Assembly: GCA_950097015.1 (NCBI GenBank) | Contig: CATNEN010000002.1 | Coordinates: 6,014,001-6,078,000, forward strand | Source of the DNA: Macrostomum hystrix | Taxonomy: Eukaryota; Animalia; Platyhelminthes | Length of the DNA stretch: 64,000 bases | Reading direction: 5' to 3' | Shown here: positions 1 to 11,935 of the stretch, in pieces | Layout: every line of letters begins with the position of its first letter | Position numbering within the stretch: the stretch's first letter is position 1 | Made by a program: the position numbers and the translations under genes | Notes under the pieces: model-generated | The model's input: only the letters and a program-made list of their open reading frames with translations | Databases searched by the model: none | What the model was told of the DNA's origin: nothing

Positions 1-199
1 GCAGCTCGGAAGGATCAGAGTCTAATTCTGACTCTGTAAGAAAGCAAAGTTCGATAAATAGCATGAAAGGAATTTTCGACGAGAACGCACGGCAAGAGAA
101 TCGCAACTTTGAACTATACCATGAATTTCAAAGTCAAGAAGAAGAACATTTTGTCTGTAACCAGTCAGGAAACAGTAAAGAAATAGAGATTGACTTAGA

Positions 200-930
200 A
201 GCTAAATGATGTAAAGAACATTGGTTTGCAAATGGTTGAGACACGATTTGAATTTTCTCGTCCGGATACGAACAAAGCAATCAGTAAGGCAATGCGAAGG
301 ATTTCAACTTGCGTTTTAGTATTTTCTGGTTACAACCATATAAAAGCCCCGGACTCCAGAAAGCAAAAAACTATGTTTTGGACAATTAAAGCTGGTTGCA
401 TGTAAAATTGCTGGATGCAGTAGGTTATATCGATTTGTTATGCAGAATCCTCCGAAAATGATGAATACAAATTTTCTGTTCAATCATATGGCAAATTCGA
501 TCATTCAAAGTCGGCCTACAGCTGCTTTAGACGAACAACACACGAAGAGAGACAAAAATTTATAGCACAAATTCGCGAAGTCGGAGCTACGGAGGCTTAC
601 CGCAAAAATTTGTGCTCAAGCTACAATTTGTCTTACTTCTTATCAAAAAACTTTGATTCATGTAAAACACTTGGTGTCATGAAAAATTTACGGCGCCTTA
701 TTTGTGCTGAGGAGCGACTGCACAACAGTATGTCCGTTCAGCTTGGCATCCTTCAGAAATTTTATGAAGCCGAATTTCCTGATGCAATTATACCAGGTGT
801 TATCCGTGAAAGATGCATAGATCCATTTCGGCTCATATTAATTTCTGCTGCGGAAATCAGGCTTTTGTTGTCTTTGCTATCTGCTGACCGACCAACATTT
901 TTGCACTTCACCCTTTGCATTCTTGTATCA
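200..930 (+). mobile_element. Degenerate DNA-transposase-like fragment (possible MULE/NOF-FB-like N-terminal region)
   Basis: A reading frame broken by stops gives CVLVFSGYNHIKAPDSRKQKTMFWTIKAGCM*NC...GKFDHSK...PGVIRERCIDPFRLILISAAEIRLL...PTFLHF. I recall this layout (C..C..H finger, then G(Y/V)I...PF...LHFDATG) from MULE-related invertebrate transposases. The match ends before any catalytic D. Recognition is from memory and has not been searched. Confidence 0.4.
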
Positions 931-1771
931 TTTATATCATACCATTCAAAAATTTTCTTGCTTGCTGTTCGACGACTGTAAAGTTTGGTTGAAATTGGAG
1001 CAGCGAAAGTGGCTCTATTCTGAATATAAATATGGCCTCTAAGATTGCATATAAATGCATTGCGGAGATAGGCGAGCACAGTTCAGACGTGAATAACTTT
1101 TGAACTGTACTACGAACCGACTCCAAATTTGATATGCACGGAAAACTCGCTTGCTGTTCGAAGACTGTAAATTTTCATGTGATTTGGTAGGACAGAGCCA
1201 GAGTGTTTGTTATATTTCGAATATAAATCTGAATATATGTATCGGGGAACCATTACATATTCTTTGTCATTGTGTAGTACAATACTCCTGCTACTTTTAA
1301 ATCAAGGACTCGTTTTAAATATGTATATTATTTGTCATTTCTATTTCGTATTTTGTTGTTCACGATGTCATTATATTATTCTATACTGTATTCGTACTCT
1401 ACTTTCTCTCGCTGTGTCGATGGTATAGTATTTTACTGTATTCGTATTTGTTTTACAGTATGATACATTTAAAAAGCTCACTGCGATCGCGAACTCTTAT
1501 GCTGTATGCTGATTGGCTCGAAATATAAATATACACTTAATAATGATTGGCGGCCAGACCTGAGCGCTCGGGTGGTTAATTGCTCTAATTCGGCCTTGTA
1601 ACCATTTGGAGTTGCGTTGTTCATAATTTAAAGCGGCCACCGGCAACTTTCAAAGTGTTAAAATTGTAAAATTCAAATTCGTGCTTTCCATCGTCGCTTT
1701 CAAATAAAATTAAAACTCTTAAATTAATTGGAAATTAGCCGTCAGAATGTTGTGAGTTTAAATAAGTATGG

Positions 1772-1854
1772 GGCCGAACTGGTTTGTGGCCGAAACGGTT
1801 TGAGGCCGAACCGGCTTTTGGCCGAAACGCCTATGGCCGAAACGACCGGTTACC
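1772..1854 (+). repeat. Five GGCCGAA(AC) motifs at ~16-bp spacing ending in ACCGGTTACC; possible subterminal repeat of a non-autonomous DNA element
   Basis: Copies at 1772, 1788, 1804, 1820 and 1835. No partner end identified. Confidence 0.45.
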
Positions 1855-2512
1855 CCGCCCTATACCCCAACCCCAACTTTTTAACAAGGTTTTCAAAGTC
1901 AATTAAGCAGATTTTGAAATAAATTTGGGAATAGAATAGTCTTCATATTGATAGCTATTAATATGTAGAGGTGTAAAGGGGCAGTGTGTGAAAAAACTGA
2001 AACTAATTGTAAAAGTTAAAAATAGGCCAGTCCACAACAATTAGCCTGTTTGGCCAAAGTTATTTATTTATGTTTATTTGGATGAGTTCTGAAATTTTTT
2101 CGAACTTAGGTATAAAATATTCTAAATTGCTGTTCTAAATTGGTGCGAATGCGTAGAAAGCGAAAGTGATAACGAGCATTTAATCAGTCGAATAATTTGA
2201 TATTTAAAAAAAAATGAAAACTCAAGAGCGCGCAAAAATGATTACGAGAAAATATATATATAAAAAAAAATTAATAATTCGTTTAAACGTTTTGAATTTT
2301 TGATTAGCATATCAGCCAATTGCATACATTGCAGCGTGTGCATATACTGTTTGTAGTATGCATAATATTGTTGTAATGTAATTAAGCGTAGAATAACAGC
2401 AAATGCGCTTTAAAATGCACCTGCATATTTAACACGGTGAAATGTTACTGAAAATGTTGCTATCAAAGTCAAAATTCTTCAAAGCTTATTGACACCACTA
2501 AGCTTTAAGATT

Positions 2513-2701
2513 TTAATTTCCGTCGATGAAAAGCAGCATTTGAACCATCTCCGGCGAAAGCCGGTTCCTCTTTTCAGTAACGACGAGGCTTTCCACACTG
2601 ATCAGCCGCTCCGACTCGGCACTGGATGGAGGAGGGATGCATGCTATAGAAACTTGGATGTGACGAATCCCAGACGGCAGTTCGTTCTTGCGTCTGTTCA
2701 A
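2513..2701 (-). mobile_element. hAT transposase C-terminal dimerisation-domain remnant
   Basis: IPPPSSAESERLISVESLVVTEKRNRLSPEMVQMLLFIDGN matches the hAT dimerisation consensus IP.TS..SER.FS..G.I.T.KRNRL.P..V..LLF...N. Upstream domains are absent. Confidence 0.75.
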
Positions 2702-4013
2702 TAGTTTAGCTGTGCTAACCGAGCTTTTTTCTCAGAAGGAAAAAATAAAATATTTGGAACCATAACTTCCACGACTGTCCACTGTGTGCGTTTCGTGTGA
2801 GCTCGCGAACTGACAGCTATAGTTTGAATTCGAAATATAGTACGGCTTAAACTACGCATTCCTAAACTAGAACTTAAAATAAACAAGAAAATATAATTCG
2901 TAAGCGATAAAAAGTAAAACAAGTGACACCATGAAAATAGTTGCGGGATGAGTTCTGCCTCGAGTTCTACCATGAACGTCGCTGCCTCGCACTCCAAAGG
3001 ACGCTAGTTCGATTCACCCTTCAAGTCACCATTAATTTCGGGACAGTAGCGACCGGCGGAGGTGCACCATATTTCGTGCAATCAAAGCTTGAAATAATAG
3101 CTTCAAGCTATAATAATAAATAATAGCCCATCCATGGTCGTTCAGGATGAGCCGATGTCGCGGTTTTGGATTCTGCAGACTTGCTTCTCGTTTGATTTTC
3201 CCACAAAATCTCCATCAATGTAGAAATTCTCGAAGCATTGCGCATTGTTGGCAGTTTTCATTTTAAAATTGAAAGCTCTCTGCTTTGAGCAGATTTGGCT
3301 TGTGAGAGCATTTGCTGAGTGAGCATCACGGCTGAACATTTTCGAAGGTGCTGTTTCATCCGGAACAATCATCGCCTTCTGGCGCAACTCAGGCGATGAG
3401 ACCAGCAAAATGAGATGGGTTTGCGCTGAGGTATCCTGAAGTATTGATTTAAATATATACATATTGCGAAGCAATGATGCATCGCAACTCGCTGAGAAGC
3501 AGTTGATTTGAGTTAGATGTGTTGTGTGTGTTGCACACTGTAATTACCTGTGGAAAACAATGAGATGGAGTCTGTGATCGACATAACTTAACATTGGCTC
3601 AAAAGCAGCCTTTTTGTTTTGAGCAAATGTATGCTGAAAATGGATCGATCTTGTTGTCTTCCACAAGGTTACAAAATTCATAGCTTAGTGTTCAATCAAA
3701 GAGAAGCTAGAAGTGAAAATTAGTTTCCTGTATGATTACAACAAAGAGTTATTCAACAGTGTATCCTGATACTGCTGCTGTACAAGTTACTTTTGTATGA
3801 AAAAATGAACAGTAAACTGCCTTGCCTTTTAAATATTTGTCAAGTTGCTCCGTTTATTTAAGAAGATGCAGTTTAAAAAGAGTTAATGTTGCTCATTTTC
3901 AGTTTTTTCCTTGATATTTTTAATAAGAGTATCGATCAAATCGACTTGAAATTGAAATTCCGTGTATAGAATCGGCGCAGAACCAGTCGTGACGATCGAG
4001 GATCAACGGTGCT

Positions 4014-4772
4014 TCAATTAAACGGCGACAAGCACTCGCAATAAACTCCATTTGTGTCCGAGGCTTCACTCCTGTCAGTTAAGCCCTTGTCACGAAAGAA
4101 CCTCGCTATGGCGTTCTCCTTGCCTCCGAAGTTGTTTGGCTCACCCGAATTCCAAAGGCTATTGTCCACGGTGATGTTGCAAGCGACCCATGACCAACCA
4201 CCTCGGGGCTCCGCACTGCCTGGCGCCTGAAAGCCTCCGAGCCACAGTGTTTTGCCCTGGCCCTTCGTGACTTGCAGGTTGTCCACGTGGGTCATCTCGG
4301 TAGCGTCAGTCACGTCAGCCATAATCACCAGACCGCTCTCCGACTCGCACTTCTGCCTGCCAGCTTGCCAGCCCCAACTATCAAAGTACAGCTTGTACTT
4401 TACTCCGCACAGGTCATCTTCGTAGCCTGACGGGCACAGGGCGCCAAGTTCGAGTCCCGACTGCTGCTTCACCAACACCTGGCCTCTCCTGGAGCAGCTG
4501 CAGTCCTTTACCGACTTGTTGCACTTGTCAAACACGAACAGCTGGCACGCGCCGTCAGCCATGGCGAACGCTTGACAACGCGGGTTTAGCAGACACAGAT
4601 TGGCGCAGCCAAAAGGAATCACCTCCGGGTGGGTCTGGACGAACTCAGCGTTGATGCAGAGGAAGCCGTCCATCACAGCGAAAAACCCAGCCGAACGGCT
4701 AAGCACCATCGGGCTCTTGAGCACAGAGCAGATCAACAGCATGACGAAAAAGCGGGTGGCACTAGTCTTCAT
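4014..4772 (-). CDS. Secreted PAN/apple + C-type lectin domain protein, intronless, 252 aa
   Basis: ATG 4772 gives signal peptide MKTSATRFFVMLLICSVLKS. PAN motif CANLCLLNPRCQAFAMADGACQL. CTLD motifs WQAGRQKC, LWLGG, WNSGEPNNFGGKEN and YCE. Confidence 0.9.
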   Translation of the reverse strand: MKTSATRFFVMLLICSVLKSPMVLSRSAGFFAVMDGFLCINAEFVQTHPEVIPFGCANLCLLNPRCQAFAMADGACQLFVFDKCNKSVKDCSCSRRGQVLVKQQSGLELGALCPSGYEDDLCGVKYKLYFDSWGWQAGRQKCESESGLVIMADVTDATEMTHVDNLQVTKGQGKTLWLGGFQAPGSAEPRGGWSWVACNITVDNSLWNSGEPNNFGGKENAIARFFRDKGLTDRSEASDTNGVYCECLSPFN

Positions 4773-4997
4773 TTCTGATGTAGCTCGCACATGAGTTGTT
4801 GCTCTATCGTCACACAGTCTTGCTCGCCTCTGCAACAAACCACTCGAGTCGCGAATGCGCCTTTGTAGCTATCGCCCCGAACTCAAGCTTCTATTGTTTC
4901 TAGGATTGTGAGCCCATTTCAGATTTGACAGCTTCACTCATTGGCTGTTGATTTCCAGGGAAAACACTTTACAATGAACTGAATCTCTGTCAGTCCT

Positions 4998-5790
4998 TAG
5001 CTCCCATTGGTTAGCGCTTCGGTATTCGGTCTGAGAGGGCAGGAGTTCGAATCTTAATACAAGGAGACAATTAGCGTGGACTGGAGATGGAGTCTCCCAG
5101 TCCACGGACTGAACAGCTCTTTAACGCAAATGCTGTGGCTGTTCCATTGGTTGTACAATTGACCCAACTGGGTTAGGCGTAATTTATAATTTTATTTGTT
5201 ATGCTAGACTAAGACACTTATAATAGAACAAAGTATACGAGTAGTTAGAGAATTGAAGGTCGGGGTTCTATTTCCGATACCCACTGGAACAATTTGTGTC
5301 CTTTAGCAACACACTTAACTCTACATTGCTTCAATTCATCCAGCTGTTAAATTGGTACCAGAATTAGCTGGGTTTCAGTGGCAGAGCGGTCAACGCGTTT
5401 GCCTCTCGCACAACGGTCCCTAAGTTCGATTCCACGGCGAGGCCACATTTATTTGGGGCGCAGCCGCGGAGAGAAGGCTTGAGGGCTTGTCGTGCAATTT
5501 ACGCCCTTGAGGGCCAACCTCTAAGGCACAGTGAAATGTACACTGCCTGACAATGAGAAAGTCAGGGCAACTGTACACACCTGTGTGAGCGTATGCCTGC
5601 GTACAGTATCTGTGTGTGTGTGCTCACGAGTCAGCGAAATGGGCAGAATTGCCTCCTCGCTGGCTGCGGGTCTAGTGTCACTAATTGATGTCCCCCCAGT
5701 CCATGGACTGAACAGCCGTACGCAGCCTTCTGGTGCGCCGCGCAATAGCTGCGGCTAGTGCTGTCGGCTGCACATCTGACCCATTTGGGG
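4998..5790 (+). mobile_element. Cluster of tRNA-derived SINE pieces (three heads, two families)
   Basis: Pol III A/B boxes at 4998-5053 (TAGCTCCCATTGG...GGAGTTCGAATC). About 5230-5370 matches the 40677 SINE core (TGTGTCCTT..AGCA..ACACTTAACTC..CATTGCTTCA.TTCA.CCAGCTG). A second family starts at ~5370 (TGGCAGAGCGG...AAGTTCGATTCC) and matches 20935-21165 and 46463-46575. Shared tail CCCAGTCCATGGACTGAACAGCC. Confidence 0.75.
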
Positions 5791-6158
5791 CAGGTGAAAT
5801 GAACAACAAAAACTAGTCAGAGACAGGAATGTTATTACTTCTCAAAGTGCGTCGTACTTATACCAGTTAATCATATTCCTAAAGTAACACTTTTAGTACT
5901 ACTCTCAGTACTAGTTCATGACTAAAGTTAAGTGCCCCGTAACCAACGAGCTTTGAGCTTTAAACTCGTTTAATCTGGAGTTTTTTGGCCACGCATTCAA
6001 ATTACCAGAAATTGAAAATAGAGAAAGAAGCGGAGACAAATGGGTATCAAGAGAAGGAACCACAAGCCAGGGGACATTGGGAGAGCATCAATAAACTTCG
6101 CTTCACTTAGAGAATCATAAAAAAAGTATATCTAGAGTTTTATTCCTGATTCCGAGCG

Positions 6159-6765
6159 CAGTGGCGGATCCAGGATTTCTTAAGTGGGGTGGCGGATATG
6201 CGAGTACAGAAACTAGAAACTAAGTAATCCCAATCCATCTATCTTTCATCTATGCTCAATACAAGATCTTGAGAGGATATATCAATTTTTGCATACATTT
6301 TAATGCCTAGAGTGGTGCAAATGACTCTGACACATGAGGGTAGTAGTAGAAGTTGGCTCGGGTCTCGGGAAGAACTAACCCGTTTTGGCCAATATTGACA
6401 ATTGTATTTAGTGAGTTATCAAGGCTTCATTTAAAAGAAAGTCAATGACAATGTGAGAAGACCAACACTATAATATTTTAATTTGAAATTTGAATAGAAT
6501 GTACGTGTTGCAGTGAGACGCGAATAAGCAATCGTTTGGTTTGTCTAGAAATAAATAAAACCGAACCGACAATGTTCCATGGGATGCAATTCCATTCCAA
6601 GGAAAAGCAGACAGACCATAGAAGCAATGGAAATATAATGAAGAACTTGGACTTTGTGGGTTGAGGAGCCCAAAATTAAAATATCTCCCTTCCATGCAAG
6701 TCCAGCCACGGCGAAAGTGGGAGGGCGGCCGCCCCCCCCCGCCCCCCCCCCTGGATCCGCCACTG
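6159..6765. mobile_element. hAT-type MITE, 607 bp
   Basis: Perfect 16-bp TIRs CAGTGGCGGATCCAGG (6159-6174) and CCTGGATCCGCCACTG (6750-6765). Perfect 8-bp TSD TCCGAGCG at 6151-6158 and 6766-6773. No transposase ORF inside. Confidence 0.95.
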
Positions 6766-7348
6766 TCCGAGCGAGCAAAACAAATCGCAACCGATGGCGA
6801 CTGAGGCTGAGAAGCGGTACTTGAGGATGTGCTCAACAAAAGCGTTCTTCTTTTAGTCCAATCTACCTATCAGGTAAACTTTTTACCTGCAACCTCTTCT
6901 TGTCTTGCCTTCTTGGCAACCAGGTTCAAAAGTAGGGAGACATTATCTGTAGCCCTGCTTGCTGCATTGCTTTGATGTTGCTTTTTAAACTTGGCCCCGA
7001 GAAGAAGCTAGGTTTCTTGATAGAAAAGTTCCCAAAAGCCTGACAATGTTGAGTAGGGAGTACGACAGAGTTCAAAGGGCCAGGCCGCGTAAAACATTTC
7101 CCTAAAGTGACGGAACCCAAAAAGAATCGTGTCCAAAGTCAATAAAACAGATGAGGTGAAGAAGGGAAAATACAATGCAGGGGCGTTTAACATTCTGTGT
7201 ACACCGTGACTTCTTGTTGTCATGGCTGCCTGCCTCAAATTCCTTCCAATTCCTTAGATTTAAGATTCAGTTTTAGCTTTGGCCTCGGACAGAGCTCAGT
7301 GTCTCAACTCACGGGACTCTACACTTACTCGGCAAAACACATAATCTG

Positions 7349-8683
7349 ATGAACTGCATCACGGGTAAGTTTCTAATCCCATGCATGCCGTAGCAGTTGG
7401 CACATGAATAGCACCGATTATACAAGCGTTGAAATGCCTAGCTATAAGACTGGCAGTAGGTACCGCCCATTGAAGGTCTAGAAGCTCCGCCAAGGTGAAG
7501 ATCAGTAGACACTGCAGAACTCACTTGGTCGACCCGCTGATAAAATTTGAACCGTACTGTGGTGCTGTGCCGATTAGTGTACAGGGGTGTACTGAGTGCA
7601 TTGAGACTCGCTCACACTGCCATTAAACGAGGCCAAAAAACACAACAGTACAAATCGTGCACCAAAAAAGGTGACCACACTCTTTCAGAAATCATCCTGG
7701 TAATATTCGTCGGTCACTTCGGACAGACTAATTCGCATAGTTTGGACACCTGGCTGAGATTGAAAACTCAGCAATGCATTGCGGACACCCCTGAGCCACT
7801 GCCGGTCGAGTTGCGATCCGAAGTTGAGTGCTTGGCTCTGGCTGAAAGAACTTCTGACCTTCTGGTGGTCCAGTTCAACTCGGACACTCGCCAGTGCTCG
7901 CTGTTCAAGTACATTGCCGTGTGCCACCTCATCGAATCACTAGCCAGCAATGGGATCAATGCACTGCACAGCTGCGCTGCATTCGCCAACACCAGAGCCG
8001 TCAACTTCATGACGCTGAGCAGGAAGCTGGTGAGCAGTGTGGGCTCGAAACTGCGTGCAGCGTGGGTGATGAGTGACGATGAGGAAGCCAGCAAGAGCAA
8101 CTTGGTGTGCGGCGAGACGCAGCAGTGGCAGTCGGAGTCAGTCCAGTTCAGCAGCGAGGGAGCCAGGTTCAACGGAGTGTCTTCCAAGATGCGGCTGGAG
8201 AATGTGGAATTCGCCAACCTGCATTCTGGACTCACGTGGCTGGTCAGGCTGAAACGCTTCGTCGGTCAAAATTTTGCTACGATTCTCGAGGCTGTCACCT
8301 GTGACACGCGGGCGCCCGGGATGGGCTTCTGGGATGGATGGCCTCCTAATGTAGGCTTATACCTGCTTAGGAGGTTCAATATGAGTTCATACGAATTCGT
8401 TACGGTACCGTCAACGAGCACCTTCGACCCGAACACCTTCATCGAAGTTGGTGCGATGTCTGCCGGCCCGACCTTTATCTCCAACTCGTCATTCGTGCCG
8501 CAGTCGCTCGCCAGACTTGAAAAAGTGACAGCAATTTCAACTACACCTGACCTGAACTGCCTCACTCTCGGATTCCGCCAGAATGACTTGCGAATGCTGA
8601 ATGGCACAGTGCGAGCCGTAGCCATTGCTAACGAGACGATGACCGAGGCCGAAATTCGCAGCTTCTTTGCTCAGGTGCGCTGA
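7349..8683 (+). CDS. Secreted PAN-like + LamG/concanavalin-A-like (pentraxin-like) protein; exons 7349-7364 and 7689-8683
   Basis: ATGAACTGCATCACGG|gtaagt joined to ctttcag|AAATCATC is phase-compatible and gives signal MNCITEIILVIFVGHFGQTNS. PAN-like SEVECLALAERTSDLLVVQFNSDTRQCSL. LamG-like motifs ARFNGVSSKMRL, LTWLVRLK, LTLG and MLNGTVRAVAIANETMTEAEIRSFF. Confidence 0.8.
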
Positions 8684-9961
8684 GCAGTGCTTGTTCAACC
8701 CGGATATACCTGGCTAACATCTGGCAGTGAATGACTGGAACTTAAATATTGTTTGCACTAAGAAGCTTTGTTCTTTTTACTTACTTTTAGCTCGTATTAA
8801 CATTTATTTATGATTCTTTACTTCTCTTAACATTATACCCACTCTCCGTTTGAAGCCCCATCAACAATGATCATTTCTTGAGTGCTTCTTCGCTTTCATC
8901 CTCCTCACTTTCCAAATCTTGAAATCTAAAGCTGTCAATCGAGAACTCGGATTTACAGAAAATGAACATGAAATATACACCGAACTACGAGTATTTCGAT
9001 TTAGAAAACCTCTTAAATTTAAATAAACTGACAACTTTGATAAAGTAATATCACATTTACAGAAAAAATGTACATTTTTCCCATTTTCAAAATATTACAC
9101 CAATCGCCATGAACGCGGGTTAAAATTTTCTGCTCTATTCGATGAAACAACTTTCAGAATCACAAAACATCGCCATCGTCGAGACTCGTCGGAGTTTCTG
9201 GTGGCAAAAGCAAAGAATACGATCTTATTTTTCTGCTCACAAAATGGCTTGAAATGCAGAGCCCAATGATCTTTGTCATGATGAACACGAGGACGATGTT
9301 CGCTGGACTCCAACCAGCCTTGTACAGGCTGGTTAGATTGCGGGTAGTCTATCACCTGCTGTATAGATTGCGGGTGATTTTCTATCAGGGCCAGCCAATC
9401 AGCGCGCACGCAGGTGAGAAAGCGGGTGGGGTTGGGGTCTAGAGCGCAGACATGGGGTAGAAAAAAGTACACGATAATATTCTAGGGCACACTTAACTAG
9501 TGTAGCAGACCTCTCAGCTCTCTCTCTCTCTCTATTTGTTGGATTTGGGATTGGTGAGCTGAGTATTTGGGGGGAATGGTAGTGTAAGTTATGAGGGTGA
9601 GAATAGGTATTTTTCACGCTGTTCGGGTTATACCTAAGGTAGCGCTAATGCCCGAGCGGCAAGACACTAGCTACTAACAATGGGAGAAGAATCGACTGCG
9701 GCTGGCACGAGGGCTAAGGTCACTGATCTGGGGCACACAGTCCGTGGGGCCTATCAGGATGGATCGAAGTTACCTGGTGAACGTCCTTCGCACTCTCACT
9801 TACTTTCCTCTATGGGGTCCGGAATTAGTACAGTTTCATTCTTTTCGATTTTACTTTAAACGAGCCTACACAATGACAATAATGGCGTTAAAGTCCGCTT
9901 TTTCTGTAAAAACTAAAATTACATTAGAAAGTAGAAAGTAGAAAGAGAAAATTAACAGTAG

Positions 9962-11477
9962 AAAGACCATGCTATTTTCCCACTGGCGAAAGACCACGCT
10001 ATTTTCCCACTGAAGAAAGACCACGCTATTTTCCCACTGGGGAAAGACCACGCTATATTCCCACTGGGGAAAGACCACGCTATTTTCCCACTGGGGAAAG
10101 ACCACGCTATTTTCCCACTGGGGAAAGACCACGCTATTTTCCCACTGGGGAAAGACCACGCTATTTTCCCACTGGGGAAAGACCATGCTATATTCCCACT
10201 GGGGAAAGACCACGCTATTTTCCCACTGGGGAAAGACCATGCTATATTCCCACTGGGGAAAGACCACGCTATATTCCCACTGGGGAAAGACCACGCTATT
10301 TTCCCACTGGGGAAAGACCACGCTATTTTCCCACTGGGGAAAGACCACGCTATTTTCCCACTGGGGAAAGACCACGCTATTTTCCCACTGGGGAAAGACC
10401 ATGCTATATTCCCACTGGGGAAAGACCACGCTATTTTCCCACTGGGGAAAGACCACGCTATTTTCCCACTGGGGAAAGACCACGCTATATTCCCACTGGG
10501 GAAAGACCATGCTATATTCCCACTGGGGAAAGACCACGCTATTTTCCAACTGGGGAAAGACCACGCTATTTTCCCACTGCGGAAAGACCACGCTATTTTC
10601 CCACTGGGGAAAGACCATGCTATATTCCCACTGGGGAAAGACCACGCTATTTTCCAACTGGGGAAAGACCACGCTATTTTCCCACTGCGGAAAGACCACG
10701 CTATATTCCCACTGGGGAAAGACCATGCTATATTCCCACTGGGGAAAGACCACGCTATTTTCCAACTGGGGAAAGACCACGCTATTTTCCCACTGGGGAA
10801 AGACCACGCTATTTTCCCACTGCGGAAAGACCACGCTATATTCCCACTGGGGAAAGACCACGCTATTTTCCCACTGGGGAAAGACCACGCAATTTTCCCA
10901 CTGGGGAAAGACCATGCTATATTCCCACTGGGGAAAGACCACGCTATTTTCCAACTGGGGAAAGACCACGCTATTTTCCCACTGCGGAAAGACCACGCTA
11001 TATTCCCACTGGGGAAAGACCACGCTATTTTCCCACTGGGGAAAGACCACGCAATTTTCCCACTGGGGAAAGACCATGCTATATTCCCACTGGGGAAAGA
11101 CCACGCTATTTTCCAACTGGGGAAAGACCACGCTATTTTCCCACTGGGGAAAGACCACGCTATATTCCCACTGGGGAAAGACCACGCTATATTCCCACTG
11201 GGGAAAGACCACGCTATTTTCCCACTGGGGAAAGACCACGCTATATTCCCACTGGGGAAAGACCACGCTATATTCCCACTGGGGAAAGACCACGCTATAT
11301 TCCCACTGGGGAAAGACCATGCTATATTCCCACTGGGGAAAGACCACGCTATTTTCCAACTGGGGAAAGACCACGCTATTTTCCCACTGCGGAAAGACCA
11401 CGCTATATTCCCACTGGGGAAAGACCACGCTATTTTCCCACTGGGGAAAGACCACGCTATTTTCCCACTGCGGAAAG
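9962..11477. repeat. 27-bp minisatellite GGGGAAAGACCACGCTATTTTCCCACT, ~56 copies
   Basis: Direct tandem array with no spacers. Each unit has an internal inverted repeat GGGAAA/TTTCCC. Confidence 0.97.
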
Positions 11478-11935
11478 AGTTACGGAGTTACGAAGTTACT
11501 TAAATCGGATAGGGTGGAAAGTTTTAGTCCTTGTACTGGATTTTCATCGCGATTGTTCCAATATTTTGGGGGATGGAAATGGAAAAGTCTGCAAAATCTC
11601 TCTTGATTAATAAGTGCAATTTTATTTCTACACGCATTAAACAGTTGTCCGTGTGTAAAGCCAGCACTGACAGAATATAGACATAAAAAAATTAATTTTC
11701 GCAGTTCAAATGTACAAAGCAATCGGCTTTTTGAAAGTCCAAACGGGTGTAAAAGTTAGAGAACTTATATAAGTCATAATATAAGCAGAACAGATACATT
11801 AATTTGCTGAAAGCGTCTATGAAACTATGAAAGCGTCAGTATAATAGGGCAGGGATAAGACAAAGTTGGGTTGAAATAAAAAAACAAATCTGTGTTATTC
11901 TTTGACAAAAATAATGAAAAAGTCGCGTGGCAATC

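Noticed and set aside
3142-3474. Possible degenerate PAN-domain gene (CSKQRAFNF...QCF)
   Set aside because: Only two of the four core cysteines are present, there is no clear signal peptide, and no phase-compatible upstream exon was found. Too weak to call.
6780-7340. Tyrosine-recombinase-like words on the minus strand (YVFCR, SHGVHR)
   Set aside because: No HSLR or catalytic Tyr motif, several stops, and the region is better explained as upstream sequence of the 7349 gene.
9095-9472. Ulp1-protease-like HHDKDHWAL motif
   Set aside because: The following Asp (YDS) and the Q..DCG catalytic motif are absent.
9962-11477. CRISPR array (27-bp repeat with a hairpin)
   Set aside because: Units are directly adjacent with no unique spacers, there are no cas genes, and the context is eukaryotic and spliced.
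9866-11606. 529-aa and 473-aa ORFs
   Set aside because: They are translations of a stop-free 27-bp unit on both strands with no unique domain. The same applies to the repeat ORFs at 18.6-20.0, 21.3-22.6, 24.7-25.3, 29.4-30.7, 37.9-38.4, 43.9-44.4, 47.0-47.9, 48.2-48.9, 49.2-49.9 and 50.9-51.4 kb.
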